The position numbers were made by a program, and so were the translations under genes. DNA of 63,454 bases, counting the filler, from Hausera hauseri (taxonomy: Eukaryota), in the NCBI GenBank assembly GCA_046269625.1. It is 11 parts of 11 records of this genome, joined end to end, with 100 filler letters (N's around TTAATTAATTAA, not from the genome) between each part and the next. Parts side by side here need not be neighbours in the genome. Positions count along the whole stretch, not along the records: positions 1 to 4,375 come from JBJURY010610887.1; positions 4,476 to 9,312 come from JBJURY010418588.1; positions 9,413 to 15,509 come from JBJURY010141094.1; 8 more parts are not named here. One strand, written 5' to 3'. Shown in pieces: positions 1 through 13,700 of this stretch. Positions within the stretch are counted from its first letter, which is position 1. Each line of letters starts with the position of its first letter. The notes below the pieces were generated by a model, which saw only the letters and a list, made by a program, of their open reading frames with translations, had not been told where the DNA came from and ran no database searches.

Positions 1-942
1 CAGTATCATTTACTTGTATTAATCTGTCATTATTTTTAAATGGCAAAAAACATGTCCAATTTGTTTGGAGGAGATTGTAGAAAAGACGATGCGTATGGCT
101 ACTTGCAACACATACTTTTTGTGTGGGATGTCTTCAGAAATGCCTGTGTCGTAATATATCATGCCCAATATGCAGGATATATTGCGACTATGTCGATATA
201 CAAGATGATGAAGACCAGTGTCTGTACGTGTCGTGGGTAGGGTGTTTGATAAAGACATTACATGATCTATGGCCTGACACAAATTGAATATGACAGTGAT
301 GAAGCCATTATCTGATTATTTGTTTAACATATGTTTTTACTGTACTTTTTGTCTTATAGAACCAACTATTTTTCATAATGCATTTATTTCGCAACAACAT
401 AACTTTGACATAACTCTAAACACTTTTCATAAGCACAATGTAAACCATGTTCACGATAAATACATGTAATGTTCTTTGGAATAACTACCAATTTGCCACA
501 TTCATATGCACATATTTGTAATTCTGGAAATGTGCTATTAAATATCTTCTTTCGTCCATCAGCATTATCCGTGACGTAGAACATGAATTCATAAATATCA
601 TACATTCTCAATATTTCACATAAGGCAATCTCTGCAAAAGTGGGTATTATATTCTTCCAACATTAGTTTATGGTGATGCTGCGTTAAATAGGCATTTGTT
701 CCTTGTGCCTTGTTTGTACAACAATGTATTTTAGGTGTACAATAGCATATATTGCATGTTCTGTACTAAAATTTACTTACGAAAATACATAATGTAGTAG
801 ATGAAACATTATCTACTGGCACTATACATAGCTCCTTTATAATGTATTCATTATTATTATCTACAAATACCTCAAAGTCAATAAACAAAACAAACATTAT
901 TTAATAACATTTATTAACACAATAACAACGATTGTAACAATT

Positions 943-1311
943 TTATATACATTGGCGTCTAAGCCAGACCACACAATAATTCACACATAGAAATGTCAAT
1001 GGATGTTGATACATAATGTCATTGTATGTGACGGGTTGTCGCATACGTTCAAATTTCGTCACCAATGATGATTGGTAATACATCCTAAGTGCATCAAACA
1101 CTTGAATATGATCTGGTGAAACATATTCTGCGATGCAGTGTTCTCCTGGTAAATTAGCAGAATGTGTATTAATCACATACCGTCCATTGAGTAGATAGTC
1201 TGGAACTTTATCCAAAGGATATACTCCACGGAAATGTGGGAGTCTATCCAAGGCCTTTTCAATCTGAAATGTACTGCACGTGTAAAATATTACAAATCTA
1301 TAAAAGCTCAC
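943..1311 (-). pseudogene. Adenain-like cysteine protease of a Polinton/Maverick element (degenerate)
   Basis: Motifs FRGVYPLDKVP, YVINTHSANLPGEH(C/W)IA, VFD and YQHPLTFLCVNYC match the Polinton PRO pattern (NTD..PGxHW, FD, Q...CG.YC). Confidence 0.8.
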
Positions 1312-1347
1312 TTCATATCAACATCCAACAACAATTACTGGCACTGT

Positions 1348-1406
1348 TTATGCAATAATTAATCCATCTTTGCGAATTTGTATTTCATTATCGAATACTC
1401 CATATA
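1348..1406 (-). pseudogene. C-terminal remnant of Polinton major capsid protein
   Basis: Minus strand reads VYGVFDNEIQIRKDGLIIA*, resembling the Polinton MCP C-terminus (YAEFDNxIEIDK). It lies directly upstream of the protease and is truncated by the mariner end. Confidence 0.55.
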
Positions 1407-2353
1407 CTAGGGTGAGTCATAAGTAATGTCGAATTATCTGCAACCGAGAATCTATCACCTGATGTTTGCCTGACAGTAACAAATTATATCTTTGTTAACT
1501 TGTAGATTTTCATCTGACGGTAACACGTTATTTTTTGTATTTAAGAAAACATGATGATGGCTTAACTTCTATTACTTTTCAACTTATTTTCAGTCATGGA
1601 TAAAAATATCATTCGTGTTCTGTTACGTTTCTTCTGGAAAAAGAGCACGTGCTGCAGCATTGGGAATTTGTGAAGTAGAAGGTAAAGGAGTGGTTGATAT
1701 TCATAGAGCACGACGGTGGTTTAAACGGTTTGCGGATGGAAACACCAGCCTTGAAGATTATTCTCGCTGTGAAAGACCCTCAAGGTTAAGTCCGAAGTCA
1801 TTCTCCATTCATTTGAGGAGAATACTACCACAAGCATATGTAGGTTATCAGGGAAGCTGGGAATATCACAAACAAGCGTAGTTCGCCATCTGCATAAGCT
1901 TGGTAAAGTCATCAGGATCTGTCGAGTTGTACCGCATGAGCTTACCCATGCACAAGCAGAACAGCGTGTTATTTTGTGCCATCAACTGCTCCAGAAACCC
2001 ATGGATGAGCGATTTATAAAAAGGATGTCACAAGTGACGAAAAATGGATATATATCCGTAATCCAGACACGACAAACTAATGGTTAGATCATGGCCAATT
2101 TCCTGAACCTTCTGCCAAACGAGGAAGGTTTGAACACAATGCACTGCTATGAGTCTGGTGGAATTGCGAGGGGCCAATACACTACGAGTTTGTTCCAGAT
2201 GGTCATGGTGTGAGTGATGAACTCTACTGTTCCCAACTAGAGCGAATGTATAATGCTGTAGCCCGACGTTACCCCGCCATGATCAACCGAAAACGTGTGT
2301 TGTTACAGCACGATAGCGCACCTCCTCACAAGGTCAAAATGACGAATGGTAAA
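1407..2353 (+). mobile_element. Mariner (Mos1/SETMAR-like) transposon remnant, 3'-truncated
   Basis: TA followed by TIR-like CTAGGGTGAGTCATAAG; HTH segment RRWFKRFADGNTSLED; RVVPHELT (WVPHEL motif); TSDEKW (first catalytic D); LLQHDSAPPH (second D). Contains frameshifts and stops. Confidence 0.9.
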
Positions 2354-2446
2354 TGTGGTGCCCACAGCGGCCGGTGCCCTTTGGCCCATTTGGTTGGACA
2401 CGGCCGGGCGTCCGTTGCCGCCGCGTCGGGCCCGACCTCCCGCCTC
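2354..2446 (+). repeat. GC-rich self-complementary module, copy 1
   Basis: TGTGGTGCCC...GGGCCCGACCTCCCGCCTC. A close copy lies on the minus strand at 35601-35706. Confidence 0.85.
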
Positions 2447-2519
2447 ACGAATCTATTTACAAAACACCTCTACCACTTTACAATAATGTAAATGGCATTT
2501 CGTGAAAGGTGGACGTGTG

Positions 2520-2890
2520 ATGGATAAGAAAACGGTTATCCATCCGTGGCTACTAACCGCTGTCTTTGTTGTCATTATATCCCTCGTTCTGATTTTTGTC
2601 TTATTTGCAGCTCTCTATTTTCCGAGGAATAAGAAAGGCAAAAAATTATTCAATGGCATCGGCATTGCCCGTTAGAAAATCAGAGTATAACAAACGAGGG
2701 ATTCAGAAGGATGAGGATAACACATCTCTTGAAAGTAACGGTGAACCGAATCCCTATGCCGTATATCAACCAAATACAGACGCGAAGGCGACATCTATAT
2801 CCCAGAAAATTTCTCTATCAAATGCTGCATCTACCTCATCGTACAATTTTCTTGATCATTACAACCACTATAATCAAATAAAAATCTCCC
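2520..2890 (+). pseudogene. Fragment of an unidentified single-pass membrane protein (TM plus cytoplasmic tail)
   Basis: MDKKTVIHPWLLTAVFVVIISLVLIFVLFAALYFPRNKKGKK, then a frameshifted tail containing EPNPYAVY. The T-rich stretch could instead be an intron 3' end (CTAAC...TTTGCAG). Confidence 0.35.
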
Positions 2891-2899
2891 GGAGTTCCA

Positions 2900-4027
2900 A
2901 AGCTATAAATTGTGAAATGCAATCCCAAGGTAAATTTGCCGAACAACTGAAATGTCTCGAATCTCGAATGATTATTGACAGTTCGATTCTCAGCGATCTC
3001 AACGACTTCTTTTGTCAGCGTTCCGTCGTCGAACAGAAATACGCGGAATCTCTATCGAAATTAGTTTAATCTTACCATCAAAAATTAGCGGCTGAACAGT
3101 AGAAGCAGCAAAACTGGTCGAAATATTTGTCGTTGGACTTGATTAATACTTTAATAGTATCATCACAGAGAAGTGCACATACGCATTACGCTATGGCAAC
3201 ATATTCGGTCAACAGATGACTTAACGGATGGTTGACGTGCAGAATGACGTAATTCGACTGTACAAACATAGCAAAGAACTACTTCAGAAATGCCAACAAA
3301 ACGTTTTAAACACTTGCGCTAAAATGCACAAAGATCACAAAGCATACTCGAGTTGCTACCAGTTGTCGGATGAATACCGGAAAACGATGGAAAAGTCGAG
3401 AGAGAAACTGGAAAAGGAAGAGAAGCGGTACGTTGACAAGAAAAAAAGATTTTCTAAAGGGTAGAAAGTTCAAAAAGTTGAACGATGATTATAACGAAAA
3501 ACGAGAGACATATGAAACAAAACGGCTGGCATGTTCACAGGCCAGAAATGAATATATTATTCAAGTTGCAGCAGTTAATAAGGCAATTGAGAAATTCTTT
3601 CCCCAAGAAATTCACGATGTTCTTGAGTGCATGAGTTACGGTTATCATAACAGTCTCTCTAGAGCCATCTTGAATCACATCAGCTGTGAAGAGGCATTTG
3701 CAATGAGTCATAAAACTATCGTCTATATGCTCCAGGCAACAATGAACAACATAGACGCAAGGAAAGATACTGGCCTCTTTCTAGAGTTGTCAGCCGGTAT
3801 TTAGTCAAATGCCTGAACGGAAGTTTCAGCTGTGTAGAGATGATCAGATACCCACTATATCCACTGAAAGTCCATTGAAAGAGAATCTCAATAGTGTGGC
3901 CTTCGATCTTAGAACAAATATCGATTTTTCAATTGTGGAAGTTGACGAAATCTGGAAGACGATTGAAGAAGCTGCTCAAAATCTAAACAATTTCATCAGT
4001 TGGAAATTTTATATAGACGTTATCTAG
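2900..4027 (+). pseudogene. SRGAP: Intronless, disrupted SRGAP (Slit-Robo GAP) F-BAR domain fragment
   Basis: EQLKCLE...DLNDFF...VEQKYAESLSKL and ARNEYIIQVAAVNKAIEKFF..EIHDVLECMSYGYHNSLSRAI match the srGAP F-BAR (ARNEYLL...DLIDCCDLGYHASL.RAL). Several stops and frameshifts; no introns seen. Confidence 0.8.
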
Positions 4028-4375
4028 CGTGCTACCATAAAATGGAGATTTTATATGAAATTGGTACAATAAGTTACACACATCTTTTAAATAAGTATTC
4101 GATTTATTTTCGACATCATTCTCTGATACAGTTCTCACCATCTCTTCCCTTGCCCATTTGAACTTTTCTCGGAGTGTATATTCCCCTACTCCTACTTAAA
4201 GTATTTTGAGTCAAATAACCGCTCAAACATGCGCTCATTTTAAGGCTACGTACATCATCTGTAAAGCAAATTTTCTTTTCCATCGAGTTACCGTACATAC
4301 ATATGCTCGTTTTAAGACCATATGTAATTTTTCTTGATCCGAGTATCCTTAAATTTAACCAAAGTTTCATGAGAC

Positions 4376-4475
4376 NNNNNNNNNNNNNNNNNNNNNNNNN
4401 NNNNNNNNNNNNNNNNNNNTTAATTAATTAANNNNNNNNNNNNNNNNNNNNNNNNNNNNNNNNNNNNNNNNNNNN
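4376..4475. other. Artificial contig spacer (first of 10)
   Basis: 44 N + TTAATTAATTAA (stop in all six frames) + 44 N. The others are at 9313-9412, 15510-15609, 19623-19722, 31561-31660, 36157-36256, 41600-41699, 48422-48521, 54932-55031 and 59131-59230. Confidence 0.98.
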
Positions 4476-5731
4476 ACTGCAGAAATATTATATAAAATTT
4501 GGGGAAGATTTTTAATTTTCGAACAAGCTGCATCAGGATTTTTAGCTATCTGTTTCTTGGTACAGCTCATAAAAGCTAGAATTCAATTCGTTATAAACGG
4601 CTATGAAATATTTTCACGCAAAATTTTGACCGCAATCATAACGCCGTTTGGAAAATTTTTGAAGGCTTATGAAGAAATCAAATGGAAAAGCGACATGGAG
4701 AGACACTTTGGTTATTATAATCGGAAACGAAAGAAAAAACCTATATTTTATAGGACAAAGAGATACAATATTTCGAAAAACGATTCGGATGATGATAAGC
4801 CTAAGGGAGGAGACGCAGTCTTTAACATAAGCAACCGTATGACGCTTAGGCCACCTTTGCCAATGCTGCCCCCTTCGGCACCGCAATACGAAAACTGCGA
4901 TAAGAGATATATTTACTCCTATATTTCGGAAATTTATCAAAAGCCTTTTAGTCACGAAGGGACAAAAAAATACGGCGTGTTACGGAAAATGTACCGAACC
5001 AAAGAAAAATCCGAATTATGCTGCCAGCCGGTAGATGATCGCAAGGTAATATACTCTCCAAGGATCTCACGGAATATAGAAACTAATGCATTATTTTGGG
5101 ATAATACACGAATGCAATCCTTCCATAACCAAAACAGCCGAGAACCGCTAATCAATACGCCGGATCGAGACAACAAAAACAGTGTAAATAATGGATGATA
5201 TCCCATTGAAGAACTAAGGCAAGTAGTCGAAAATAAGGTACCTGAAATCACTATAAATGAGTACAAGATATCCGTCGTTAGACAACCTAAGATAAAAGAA
5301 GGTTGACCTTTCGCCAAAATTAGTATTGACGACTGGGAAGTATATGCACTAGTAGATACCGGATCAGAAAAATCATTCATGAAAAACGTACCGATACCAA
5401 AATCACTACGGAATCAACTACGTCTACCAATAGCAATGGATGCCGGAAGTGTAGGAGCTTTCGGACAAGAATCGAGACCAAAATTTAAATGGAACCCTAA
5501 TCTTAAAATAATGGAACAAACATTCCAACATGAATTTTCTATAATGGAACACTAACAGACAATGTCGTGCTAGGCTGCGATATATTGAGACGTTTGCCAA
5601 ATGTTGCAGTAGATTTGAATACCTCGAAGTTAATCGAGCTTGGATCAATAAGAGGGACCAAGATTAATAAATAAAGAGAACGCGTAGAAGTATGGATTCC
5701 GATCGACGAAAACATTCCGCCTAGAACGGAA

Positions 5732-6691
5732 TTGTTGATATTTGCGCAAATGTGTCAAGATGATGATTTTCCAGTATACTTTGAACCGAAAGAAACACTA
5801 AATACAGATATAATATTGAGCAACGTACTAACTCGAGTAGCATCCGGTCGAATACTCGTAAGGATAATGAATAATTCTCAAAATCCAGTAAGATTATATT
5901 CTAACATTACCTTGGAGCATACTTACAAGGTATCAGAAATAACGGTTGAAGAGAAACCGTATAAATACGCTGATTTTCCACCACACGTTGATACGAAGTT
6001 TTCACCAGAAGCTTATTGCCAGTTTTACCAATTATTATGTCGATATAAATCAATCATTGCAAAGGACGAAGAAGACATAGGCCAAGCAAAGACGTTAAAA
6101 TTAACTATACCACTTAAGAAAAAGCCTGGTTTCAACCTCGAAATCGACCTCGAGGAACGGAAAATGCCAAAACGGTATCCGCCGCCGCATTCCCCAAGGC
6201 CGGAGATAACCAAGGAGGTAGAACGTATGTTAAAGGCCGATATAATCCGGCCAAGTTTCAGATCATGGTATTCCCCTATTTTTATGGTTAAAAAGAAGGG
6301 TACCACGAAACGTCGATTTTGTATCGATTGTAAAGCATTAAATACTCTCATGATGAAAGATTTTTTTCCTTTACCATCCGTGAAAGAGGCTCTAGATAGG
6401 CTATCAGAAGAAAAATGGTTTACCACTCTGGATTTACAATCCGGATACTGGCAAGTAGAAATTGAAGACGAAGACAGCTATAAAACAGCCTTTAAAACAC
6501 ACGATGGAGTATACGAACTTAATGTTATGCCGTTTGGAATTACTACCGGTCCAGCCATATTTACCAGGATGATGAATAAAATGCTAATTGGATTTGAACA
6601 TGCATTTTCTTACTTAGATGACGTAATGATTGCATCAATAGACAAAAAAGAGCATCTGAAGGATATTGAGGACAATCTTATGAGGTTATAA
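5732..6691 (+). pseudogene. Ty3/Gypsy reverse transcriptase (with preceding spacer domain)
   Basis: WYSPIFMVKKK, RRFCID, FTTLDLQSGYWQV, KTAF, VMPFG, YLDD. Confidence 0.95.
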
Positions 6692-6875
6692 CAGGCCGGG
6701 TTAACACTAAACCCCAAAAAATTCAAATGGGCCCAAAACACTGTCTCCTATCTTGGCCACGTCGTTGAAGAAGGAGGATCAAAATTCGACAAATCATTGT
6801 TAAACAAGATTTCGGACTGTATGGAACCCCAAAACTAAAAAGAACTGGGACATTGGTTGGGCCTGTGTAGATATT

Positions 6876-7400
6876 ATGCTACCACATAACTCGAAAATCA
6901 ATGCGTCATTCTACCAATTATTAAAAAAGGGAACGAAATGGAGATGGATCGATGTTGAGCAAAAGGCATTCGATGAAAGGGAGAAGATATTAGCTAGTGT
7001 ACCAGTACTGAGATATACTGATTTTAACTTACCGTTTATTATTAAAACAAACGCAAATAAAGAAGGTATTGGATACGAATTAGCACACAAGAAGACGAAG
7101 AAATAGAACACCCTATCGCTTATGGAGGACGCTCCCTGAATAAAGCAGAGAAAAATTATTCAGTGACAAAACTAGAAACGTGAGCAGTAAAAGAACCCTT
7201 GAGGCATTTTAACGTTTACATATATGGACAGAAGATAATAATAGTTACCGATCACAAGGCAGTTACAACTTTAAAGGGACGAGGAAATAACCCTACATGT
7301 AGACTGAATAGGTGGATCGAAGAAATATCAAGATACAATATCGAGTTCAAATATAAAACTGGTGCAAAAAACGTGGATACAGATGAATTGTCCAGGTTGA
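6876..7400 (+). pseudogene. Gypsy RNase H
   Basis: LRYTDFNLPFIIKTNANKEGIG, HPIAY, EKNYSVT, TDHKA, RLNRW, NVDTDELSR. Confidence 0.9.
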
Positions 7401-7561
7401 AAACAAAGACAAATGCGATCATGACAATGAAGAAAAATCAGCTCGAAGAATTAGTAGACCGACAACGAACTTTAACGTCAGACGGAGCAATCAGAATTTC
7501 AAACGAACAAAAGAAGGATTGAGTTATCCAACAAATCATTGAATATGCCGAAGCAGACGTA

Positions 7562-8720
7562 ATGCCAAAAGGACACCAGTTAAAGATACATTTACAACGA
7601 CATAAACATAAATATTGTGTCTCCGAGAACAAGAACAATAAAAAAGTGCTGTATTACGAACGAAAAGGAAGAAAATTAGTATTTATACCCAAAATTCTAC
7701 GAAATAAAGTTTTAATGACCGAGCACGATTCGTATTTGGCAGGACACATTTCCTGGAAGAAGACGTTAGATAGGACGTTAAACAAATACTATTGGCCTAG
7801 TATATATATTGATGTGAAAAATTGGGTAAGCGCTTGTGATGTATGCGCGACTAAGCAGAGGAAAATGCGGAATTACATAGTAGAGCTGAAACCGATAGCT
7901 GTGCCGGACAGGCCGATGCAAGCCATGTCAGTGGGCATCGTAGAACCACTACCCACGACGAACAGAATTAACAGATATATACTAACATGCGTCGACTGTT
8001 TAACTCACTTCGTGGAGTTAGTAGCGTTATATGATTAGAAAGCAGAAACATTAGCCGAAGCCGTGGTAAGGAAAATTATATGTAGATACGGGCCGCCCGA
8101 TCAGATACTAAGTGATCAAGGGAGAAACTTTACCAGCGAACTATTTGATAAAATTACGAAAATATTCGAAATCGAGAGGTTAACTATGACAGCTTACCAT
8201 CCCGAATGTAATGAAATTATTTAGCGTATGAATGCTACAGTAATACGAATATTGTCAACCGCAGTCGCAAAAAATCAAAAGGATTAGCACGAATTCCTAG
8301 AAAGTACACAATTTGCCATCAATACTACACAACATCCCGCGACAGGATTACATCGTCATCATGATGTATGGACGAGAGGCAGCATTACCTACGGACTTAC
8401 GAACGATTCCGTATGAAGCAAATCTCGAAGAATTAGAATCAAATTTTGTAGAAGTTCTACAAGTTAGACTGCAAAAATTTTGGGTGGTAGCGTATACCAA
8501 GAAGGATTTAAAAGACAGTATGACAAGAAGGCATAATTGCACGATTTAAGAAACGGAGATTGGGTCTATGTGCATTACTCCATAGCTGAAAAGGGCACAT
8601 CGTTAAAACTCACTCGTACTGGAAGAGCACCTTACGAAGTTATCAGAATAACACACATTACAGTTTATAAAATAAAAACGGAATGGAAGAAGTTGTGTCA
8701 GTACAACGAATGGTGAAAAC
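7562..8720 (+). pseudogene. Gypsy integrase
   Basis: HDSYLAGH...YYWP...CDVC zinc finger; core SDQGRNF and TAYHPEC; GPY-like APYEV. Confidence 0.9.
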
Positions 8721-10749
8721 AGAGATAAGACCAAGTAAACAACATCAATTACGTGTAGAAGATACAAAAGCGAACCAGAAAACGAATCACAGGAAAGCCA
8801 AGACCTCGCCTATATTTAACAGAGCCATGTATTACATACAGATAGTCTTAGCACTATCATTGATAGCTTCATTTATTCCAAAATCCAAGGCTCAAGGAGG
8901 ATTGATTCAACAACTAAACAAATGGATAAAGGATGAATAGATAAAAACAAAAAGAAATAACTTAAGCACCTTAGATCGATTCAAGATCTAAAGTATGGAT
9001 CCAATACGAGACTGTGTGCTATTTAAGACGGACGGAGTCGTGAGAAAATCAGTAAAATACCAAGTAATTCTATGGAACGCGAATAAACGAGTAATGACCC
9101 ATTGAGATTTTCCGTATGGAGCTCGAGAAAGATGTTGTGTCACAAATTATAGAAACACTTATACCTTCACAGTGCGAATGTACTATAAAAACTACGAACG
9201 CACACAAGGAGAGATAAGGCCGCGAGTAAAATTAGTAATACCTGCCAGAGAACGGATCAATGCAACAGAACTCTACGACATAGTGAAGTCAACTGATTCA
9301 ATTAAATGGGCGNNNNNNNNNNNNNNNNNNNNNNNNNNNNNNNNNNNNNNNNNNNNTTAATTAATTAANNNNNNNNNNNNNNNNNNNNNNNNNNNNNNNN
9401 NNNNNNNNNNNNGACTTGATACGATGGTGGAAAGTACTTGATAGTGAGCTGGTTGCGAGAGCAGCAAGTGATTTTGGATTTAAAGAAGACTTAGCGTCAA
9501 TAGCATTGATGACAACAACAACAACACCAACAGCAGCAGATTGTACCTCTATAGAAAATTTAATTGTTGTGTTAAATCAAATGAGCATTCACCGATTGTA
9601 CGATACAAATTACTTTAATGCTGTTGAAAAGGTACGCGGTGAATTAAAGAACCTGAAAGTGAAAATAATAGACAAAGTACGAAACTGTAAGTTTATGTGG
9701 TCATCTTGTTGTTTGTCAAATGTGTTCCAACCCCACCACCACCAAAGTAACCCACCAATGTCCAGAATGTAAATGTACTGTAATGGAAATTGTACACATA
9801 AATGAATACATTGACTTTTCTGTAATGCGTGGAGTTTATAGGGGCAATTTGTTACAGTGACTCTTAATGTTGACACGTTTGTAAGAAAAACAAAACAGCA
9901 GGTTGGAGAAGTATATATAGCGATATAATTTCATTTCAATTTGTCTCTTTTTCTCTCTTTCTCTCTCTCTCTACGACAATGAATTCCGATGAAGCGTCAC
10001 TAGATTTGAGTTCTGCTGCTGCTGCTGCAAGTCAACCACGATACAATCAATATTCGGTCAGACCGTCTCGGTTGTACAAAATGGCTACAAATTGAACTAC
10101 CTACAAACTCCCATTCACTTGTCATTGGCGCAACCGGTCAAACTCAAGCAGGTGAAATACGGTTTGTTAGCAAAGAAAATCAGCGACAATGATTTGGATA
10201 CGATGGAACGTACGCTGAAAAACAGTGATTTGGTGTTGTCCAATAATAATCTGGACACATCATCTCTTTTTCTCAAGGGCAATATGAAAAATATTGTCCG
10301 TTCAAGTGGTAATGAAACAACAACAACAACAACAAAAGCAGAATCGACAAATTTGCCATCCGAAGGTGCTAAAGGCTGCTTGACGCTGAAATTGAAAGGC
10401 TACAAATAACTGTGTGGTGTTAAATCCCCAATATGGAAACTGGGGACGTTTAGTCTAATTTGACTTAATCATTGTGTGTGTATGTGTTTTTGATTATAAT
10501 TAATAAAAATATTTGAGCTCATGTTTTGTATTTTAGGTGATGAACAATGATGTATAGCGCGTAACCCGTTTATGTATTATTTCCCAACTTAAGCTTCATT
10601 CCCTTGTTAACTTAAAACTACGTAAAACAGAAGACAAAAACCAGTATACAAAATACGTTATTGCAATATAATACACCATGTACAAGGGAAAACAAAACAA
10701 AAATGATAAAAATCACAAATGTACGTAATTTTCAATAATGTGGCTGGAC

Positions 10750-13700
10750 TGAACTGGTCTGTCGGTGCAACAAATGTATCTGTGCATGTGCTTTACTTCA
10801 AACGTCCGTACGCCGAATTCTTATTCCGTCCCACCCACTTTCGCTTGTCATCGTTGCATGACAAAGCAACCTTTCTATTTGTGATTGTATACAGCTGGTG
10901 CTCAATCGATCGTATTATCGTTTCAGACACAACAGCCTTTCCTCCTTCTTTTCCATCTTCTCCATCTTGTCCATCATAGACGCGGCAATAATCACCGTGA
11001 CTTAGTTCCGTCTATTTCAGCTGGATGCCTTTTGCGCGCATTTTTGGTCCACAGTCCGTCAGAAGACTGTAGCACTTTGGGCGTAGAAATATCCATTCCC
11101 TGTACTGGACCTAGCCTTCGCTTTCGTCCTTGAAGCAGCCGATTTTGTTTGTTATCGCGCTGCTGTACAGCGGATAAACCGGCGGGTAGTTGGACGTGTC
11201 CAGTAGTCCATCTACTATCATTTGTCGGAGCAGCTGGTCTCGATTGATGTTTCTCAGCTCCAAAAAAAGCTGTCTGTGTCACCGGCAACGATATTTATCT
11301 CATAGCTGCCGCCGCCGTCGCCGCCGAAAATTTGTCGATAACGTGCTAAGTCGCGATACTGGAGCTCGTACATTCGCAACTTGCTCAGGTCCAGTACTAA
11401 TTGTCCGATGTAGTTTTGCCGTTCCAGTGCGACTTCTTCCCGGTTTAGAAGCACGGCGACCAATCCATAGGCAATATGCATTGACCACCTGAAATGAGCT
11501 TTGCTGTTGTACGTAACCAACCGCTTTTCGTTGTTGCACAGGTGCACATTGAGCTGCTTTTTGAGGTTCTCTATCGTTCGCCGTAAAGAGAATTATTTCT
11601 TAACTTGTAATAGTCCTTTTCGAACTTTGTACAAGCTGCGGCTCATTTTCCGGAATTTCCATCGATGTACGCCTTGAATATCGGCGCCTAATTAAAGCGG
11701 ATTGCACGATGCAGCTGTGTGACGCGTACACCCAACTTCATGTAAAACTGCAGCAGACGCCAATGAACCACGTAATTCAACTTCGGTTCATGCGTCATGA
11801 ACAGTTTCTTTACTTTTGTTGAGCCGCCGGGTGGACATTGGCTGATTGGTGCCACGGGTAATTCGTCCAGAGCGTCATGCAGCTCATCGGATACCACGAG
11901 ATCAACTTCCATTAAGTAGCCGACGGAGCTGCTTTCTGTCGTGTTTGCTGCTGCTGTTGCTGCTGTCAGACGTCCATTAATGCATCCAATTCCGGTTTTT
12001 CGACAACCCATTCAAATTATCCGTACGACAAGAGTTGCGAAAGCGCCCCGCCGTACAGGTTATTAATGTCGATGTACAACATTGATGTTTTATCATCACT
12101 AGTTACGTGATGCTTGTTGACAAACGTCATGCCGCCACGAATGCCGACATCAAACAAGCCGTCCATTTCTGGGTCTTGCAGCAGCTCAATGTCCCGATCA
12201 AGTGACATTAGAGCTGATGCCAAACTCATTCCCAGTATGGAGTAAAAGTTTAGCGGCTTCAACCTATCTTCCGCCAACGCTTTAGCCCGAAACGCTTGGA
12301 ATACGTCGGCCAGCAAGTACACGTCCAGTTTCAGGTACCGAAGCATGTATTCCAACATGTTTCTGCAGCCGAGCTCTGTCCACGCTTCCTGTGCCCTGTG
12401 GTACTCCTCCTCTCTGATTCCGGTCCATTGTGGCGGCAATTCCTCTGTTGTATGAAGCCGCTCGTATGACACAGCAAAGTCGTATGGGAATATGCCTTTG
12501 CTGCGTGCAATATGCGCAGGGAACTGCGTTAGCGTTATCGGCACATCCGGCAAGGCACTTACGAGCTTTCCTAGTGACTCATTCAGGAACTGCAGTGAGT
12601 CAAGAAACCGTACCTGAAACCAGTTTATACGTGCTTATAGGGACAAGTACCTCTCCATCGTTGTTGGAATTATGGATAATTCCCAGTGCGGAAATCCGCT
12701 GATGGCCCATTTCAGAATATGGTGACAATCATAACCCCGAAAGTTATGAAATATCACCGGTAGGAATGGCCGCACACGCCTTGCAAATTCCATGCAGTGC
12801 ATGCTGCTCCCAGATATCGACCGGTAAAATGATCATGGTCTGGTACTAGCCGTTCCTGTGCATCGAACGGCAATATTTTGTGGTGGCACAGATAACATTC
12901 ATCCGTGATTGCAAACGTCAGGCTTTCATCTTCATCTGACCACATCAAGGGTTTGTTGCTATTTCTACTGTACCAGAGTGCGACTTCCGTTTCTACTATT
13001 GTTTCCAACTGATGCAGGAAATCACGTACGCAGTTCCAGGCATGAAAAACGTAATATCGCGGTTGAACTGCGGCTTTTATTGGGACAAACAACATACCGA
13101 CGGCGATTGGAACATGCTTTTTGTCATAAATGTTGTGTCGTGATAAGATAGCTTCGATATCGGCATACACAACGTATGCCGGACTGTCCGTCTTCGACCA
13201 GTCACTAATCGGAGCTTCTTTTTGAGTGGCATTAGTACATAGTTGTTCCCGTTGAATTTTGTCCGCGCAGAGTCACGTGTTTCTCCCATGTTGTTGCTAA
13301 TCTGAATCCGTGCAGACATACAGGACACCATTTACATTGTGTACGCTTTTGGACAAACTGATGGTGAACCATATTTAACAGTCTCTCCAGATTTGTCACT
13401 GCAAAGTAATGGAATTTTTCCTTTTGCTCCAATCACAACAAATTTATTGGGCGACCATTTGGGTTCCGAGTACGGTAGATTATATCTACGTGGGGGTTTA
13501 TGTAAATTTCTTCATCCGCCGGTATTTCTACGATTGTGTTGTACTGCAGCACATTTATTGCCACTGTCGGATTAAGCCGTTCAAATGCCGGAATGGATTT
13601 CAGTTTCATCGGAATCCAGCTTTCATCGAAATTTAATTAGGAAAAATATTTCTGATGCTGTTTTGGACGAGATGCACTATGTCCGTCCACTTCGTCGTAT

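Larger units (their letters stand above)
4476..9312 (+). mobile_element. Chuvirus-G Gypsy element copy A (G TM tail - PR - RT - RH - IN - start of second membrane protein), degenerate
   Basis: KIWGRFLIF..INGYEIF TM region; PSAP at 4872-4883; LVDTGS near 5350; RT, RNase H and integrase motifs follow in Gypsy order. Confidence 0.92.

Noticed and set aside
19-660. Short minus-strand ORFs downstream of the Polinton protease
   Set aside because: They may be decayed Polinton genes, but I see no recognisable motif.
2354-2446. Spliced-leader exon or HDV/hammerhead ribozyme
   Set aside because: It is longer and more GC-rich than known SL exons, there is no hammerhead CTGATGA/GAAA core, and I could not build an HDV double pseudoknot by eye.
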